Positions 59,760 to 64,000 of a DNA stretch of 64,000 bases are shown here, one piece after another. A program made the translations under genes and the position numbers. This DNA comes from Macrostomum hystrix (Eukaryota > Animalia > Platyhelminthes). Below the pieces are notes generated by a model. It saw only the letters and a list, made by a program, of their open reading frames with translations. It had not been told where the DNA came from and searched no databases. The stretch covers positions 1,984,001-2,048,000 of the forward strand of contig CATNEN010000010.1 in the NCBI GenBank assembly GCA_950097015.1, read 5' to 3'. Within the stretch, counting starts at the first letter, position 1. Every line of letters starts with the position of its first letter.

Positions 59760-62700
59760 TCAGGCGAAGTACATGACCCGCATGGTCTCCGGGTGCACAG
59801 TGACGGCACGCAGCATGGCAGTCGGCGTGCGCTCGTCCGAGTTGCCGCTCTTCTGCGAGCCCTCGCCTGAGTCGATCTCCTTCTCAACCAGGTGGTAGCG
59901 GGCCCGGAAGGCCACCAGGTGAGCATAGTAGGCCGGAGCCGGGATGCTCACAGACCGGGTGCAGCGCACGTAGGTGTGGCACAGCTGGTAGGTCAGCACC
60001 TGCAGCTCGTCGGCTGTGAACCGATTGTCGTCCCACAGGACGTGATAGTGGGAGGGCCGGCTGGTGCCCTGGAGATTGGTGGGGAGAATTCAAAATCCTC
60101 ATTATTCCAGTGAATTAAAATCCCAATTAGCAATGTAGACTAAAATCCCACTTTCTAAAGTACATTGAGATTCAAATTTCAAGCAGATTGATCAAATCCC
60201 GTTTTTGAGTAGATTAGAATCCTTATTTAGATTTGATTGGAATCCTCATTTGGAGTGGATTGTAATCCTTATTATTGGAGTGGAATGGAATCCTCATTAT
60301 TGGAGTGGATTGGAATCATCATTATTGGAGTGGAATGCAATCTTCCAATCTAGATTTTAGGTAGATTAAGCTAAGATTTTTCACCACAGACAGTCAGTCT
60401 CACCTGGATGCCTGCGTGGCTGCACAGGTAGAAGTCGAACTCGGTGGGGTGGGTGATGGTCTGGTCGACTGTGGTTCCTGCCGGGATGTTGCCGCTGCGG
60501 CCCATCCGGTCCTTGGTGTCGGCGCAGAACAGGCGGGTGTGGTGCCGCTTCTGCACCACCACGAAGGTGATGCCGGGCTGGTAGCCCATCTCCAGGCGGG
60601 TGCAGGCCTCGCGGATGGCGCGCAGCTCGTGCGACTGGACCGCCTGCCAATGGCATGGGAGAATTATGGGAGAATTGCAGTAATTGCTTTTGTCGCGGGT
60701 ATTGAGACAATAGAAAGATGATTTAACAGATGATTTCCAAGGCTCACCTGAAATTGGCCCTCACTGACCCCATCCCGGTAATAAATGATGCGGGTCGGCT
60801 TGAACCGGGTGCTGCGATAAAAGTGCAGCAGCAGCTCGCGCACCATGGCGGTCAGCTCGGTGATTTTCTCCTCCCGGTGGCCCTGGACCCGCACTGTGGC
60901 TGCGTAGCGGCTGGGGTGGGCGTCCATGCTGGCCACCACGGCCGCGATGGACGGCTTGGAGCGGTCGCCGGCCGGCGGATGGGTGACGTCGCCGCCCATG
61001 AAGATGACCGGCTCGCGGAAGACGCCAGGCCGAACGCCGGGCACCAGGATGGAGTTGATGCCGCCGAGCTTGACGTTGATCTTCAGGCAGAGATTGCTGA
61101 GCGTCTGTGGCGAGGTCTTGATCACATTCTTGGCCTGCACGCACTGGGTGGCCAGGCCGAACAGGATGTCGCCCACTCGTTTCACCTCGGCGTACACCTG
61201 CGGGCGAGTTGGTTAAGATGGGGATTTAAGTGAGGCGGATTCGAACTTAATACTTCGATGAAACAGAGACACAGCCAAAAGGTAAATGGTAGAGGAGCAA
61301 CTATGCTTCTATCGACATACTCCAATCCTCGTCATCTTAAAAGTACATTAGCCAGTGGGACTCGGGAACTCACCGGAGTTTTGCCAGGCAGCACAACCAC
61401 AATGAGCTGCAGGCCCTGGAAGGTGTTCTTCAAATAGCGAAACATCGGCTCCACCTGGTCCTGACCGTTGGCGTACTTGCAGAAGCAGGGCTGACCGGTG
61501 ATGGCCATGCCGGCGTCCTGACTGATCTTCTGCAGCTGCTGGGTGAACTGGCGCAGCGAGTCCTCGCGCACCGTGCGCTGCGGCGCGAAGCAGGCGATGG
61601 CCCACACTTTGATCTCGATTCCGGCGAAGAACTGCTTGCCGCGCATGTCCCAGACACCCTGCTGGGGCAGCGCCTGCGCCTTCGTGCGGCCTCCGTACTG
61701 GATTTTCGGTGCAGGTAGAACGCGACCGCCGATCTCGGCCATGCGGGTTTGCACCTGCGGGGGATTATAGAACTGATTTTAGAACTTGAATACCAAATCT
61801 TGGGAAGATTCTAGTCCAGAATGTTAGGAAGATTCCAGTCCCTAATCTTGGGAAGATTCTAGCTCTGAATCTTGGGAAGATTCTAGTTCCGAATCTTGGG
61901 AAGATTCTAGTTCCGAATCTTGGGAAGATTCTAGTTCCGAATCTTGGGAAGATTCTAGTTCCGAATCTTGGGAAGATTCTAGTTCCGAATCTTGGGAAGA
62001 TTCTAGTTCCGAATCTTGGGAAGATTCTAGTTCCGAATCTTGGGAAGATTCTAGTTCCGAATCTTGGGAAGATTCTAGTCCCTTATCTTTGGAAGATTCT
62101 AGTTCCGAATATTGGGAAGATTTTAGTTCCGAATCTTGGGAAGATTCTAGTTCCTAACCTTAGGAAGATTATTGTTCCGAATCTGCTCACCTGAATGCCG
62201 AAAGTCTGCAGGTGGCTGTCGTGGCTGAAGTTGGCCTTGCGCACCAGGTTGTTGATCTCGCGCTCCCGATCAGGCGCGGACCTGGCCGTGGCCTTGATCA
62301 TGGTTGAAGTCTGCGAGTCAGTGAGCTTCTTGATGCAGCGCTGGCCGCTGACAATGTTGCAGACCTCCAGCGGTAGGTAAGTGTGCTTGTTCTCCAGGCC
62401 AACCTGCAGGCAGGGCAGCATGGGGTAGCGCAGTTTCATTTTGTATCGCTCAGCGAAGTACTTGGCCACAGTGCACTCCAGAGTCTGGCCGTTCTCCATC
62501 TGCAGCGGGAAGCTCTGGGCGCTGGCCGACCGTCTGGTGACATTGCAGACTCGGTACTTCCTGCGCATCTGGCCGCAGTGGGTGATCTCGATCTTCAGGC
62601 CCTTGATCTCCTTGGTGAACTTCACACGGTTGCAGTCGCTAAGTGGCTTCTTGTTGTACTCTTCCAGATCTTGCATCTGCGGAGGAATGTGTCAGAGAGT

Positions 62701-64000
62701 TGCTAGAACTATTTGACTGCAAGGAGAAAGAGATGCGAATATTGAACAACATAATTGTGAAAAAAAGAATTGGCTGGAATGTCAATAGCTTGACAAATCA
62801 GAGAAGGAAACCATTGTTAATGATGGTAGGGGATATCAGTAGCGCACCTGAATCTCCAGTACGTCGCAAAGGAATTCGCAGACAGTCTGAGCCTTGTAGA
62901 ACGCCGTGGCTGACACGTCAATGTTGAGCATCATCTTCCAGTGACTGGGCCGGACGCTCTGGTGGAAGCCGAACCAGACCTCTCGCCCGCTGCCCAGCGG
63001 ATGATCATTGAGTTCAGGCGGCTGGAAGAAGGACCTGCCCACGGGGGTGTACTGCAGGCTGGGCAGGTGGCGCATGACGACATCCAGGGCGTTCACAGCG
63101 TCAGCCGGGATGTTCTGACGCCGGCCTTCAAGGGCTTCCTCCAGAGCGAATAGCGACACCTCGCCCAAGTATTTCAGCAGCACCTTTGGGAAGGCGGGAA
63201 CACAGCTGCGACATTAATTAAAAGATTTATAGACTGTATGTACGATAAGTAAAGAGCAAGTGAACTTTCGTAAAGCACATTGCGGATGTCCACAGGTACT
63301 AAAGTACCTGTACAAGTCATTAGACACTGGAGCGGATACTAGAGAAGTGGGTCACAAAAGCTTTAACGCGGAGATGGTTAACAAAGGACAAACAAAGTAC
63401 TGGTACAATTACGAACCTTGAACACGCGATCCTTGCTCCCTTCACCGGGCAAGGTGACCTCCAGTTCCAGCCGGTCGCTGCCAAACGGCAGCGGATCTCT
63501 GGTGTAAAGATTCTTTCGACCGTCGAATACAGGCCGCTGATTGAAGAAATATTTTTGATGATGCATGGAGTTCACCATGATGTCCACAATCTCCCGATTG
63601 ATCCGCCTGGGACATTTGTCCGGCGTGATTGACACATCATAGTGATGCAGGAAGCCTTTGGGCAGCTTGATTTCAAAGTGATTGGCCCGCAGGCCAATGT
63701 GCCGGCCCTCCTGCCCGCGGCCTGGCCGAACCGGCGGCTGGAAGATGATGGCAGGCGGCGACGGCTCGCCGGAGTCGCTGCCGCCGGCGCCGCCGCCGAA
63801 GCCGGAGCCTGCAGCGGAGGAGCCAGAGGTCAGCGGACCGCCGCCTCCGCCGCCCAAACCGCCGGCGCTACTGCCACCGCCGCCACCACCAGCCCCGGCG
63901 CTGTGTACGCTGCCAGCTCCAGATGAGGGGGGCTGCGGCGGTAGCTGGTGCTGGTGGGGACCGACAGGGTTGAATGGCCCGCCAGCACCACCTGGCAGCA
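59760..64000 (-). CDS. AGO: Argonaute, AGO clade (miRNA/siRNA type); 5' end at or beyond the window edge
   Basis: Exons >64000-63417, 63183-62848, 62676-62191, 61754-61374, 61197-60748, 60643-60404 and 60068-59760. Motifs: [45 protein letters not shown] / HREE / [10 protein letters not shown] / [12 protein letters not shown], and C-terminus VMYFA*. Confidence 0.98.
61795..62175. repeat. 24 bp minisatellite with an internal palindrome (GAATCTT-GGG-AAGATTC-tagttcc) in an Argonaute intron
   Basis: About 15 copies including degenerate ends; perfect 7 bp stem and 3 nt loop in each core unit. Confidence 0.96.

Overview
Eukaryotic (animal) genomic DNA: GT-AG introns, GC-rich exons, and about a quarter of the window (~17 kb, hand estimate) in roughly 28 unrelated micro/minisatellite arrays. 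The style suggests a free-living flatworm such as Macrostomum lignano; this is an unverified inference. Ten genes could be spliced together by hand with consistent reading-frame phases. In order: a calpain-5/TRA-3-type protein lacking all three catalytic residues (-, runs off the left edge); a four-repeat uncharacterised protein with an N-myristoylation-like start (+); a type I transmembrane mucin-like protein (-); an SMIM30 micropeptide orthologue (+); two paralogous intronless genes encoding a helical domain fused to a C-terminal ubiquitin-like domain ending in Gly (+); an orphan class A GPCR (+); a USH1G/ANKS4B (Sans) orthologue (-); an ARHGEF10-like RhoGEF (+); and an AGO-clade Argonaute with an intact DEDH tetrad (-, runs off the right edge). 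An eleventh, a possible atypical HLH protein (+), is tentative. There are also three tRNA-derived SINEs and two MITE-like inverted-repeat elements. Most long ORFs in the supplied track are artefacts of tandem repeats. The best candidate for an undescribed system is the UBL-fusion gene pair, whose promoters share immune-type motifs. All coordinates and alignments were made by eye; no searches were run.
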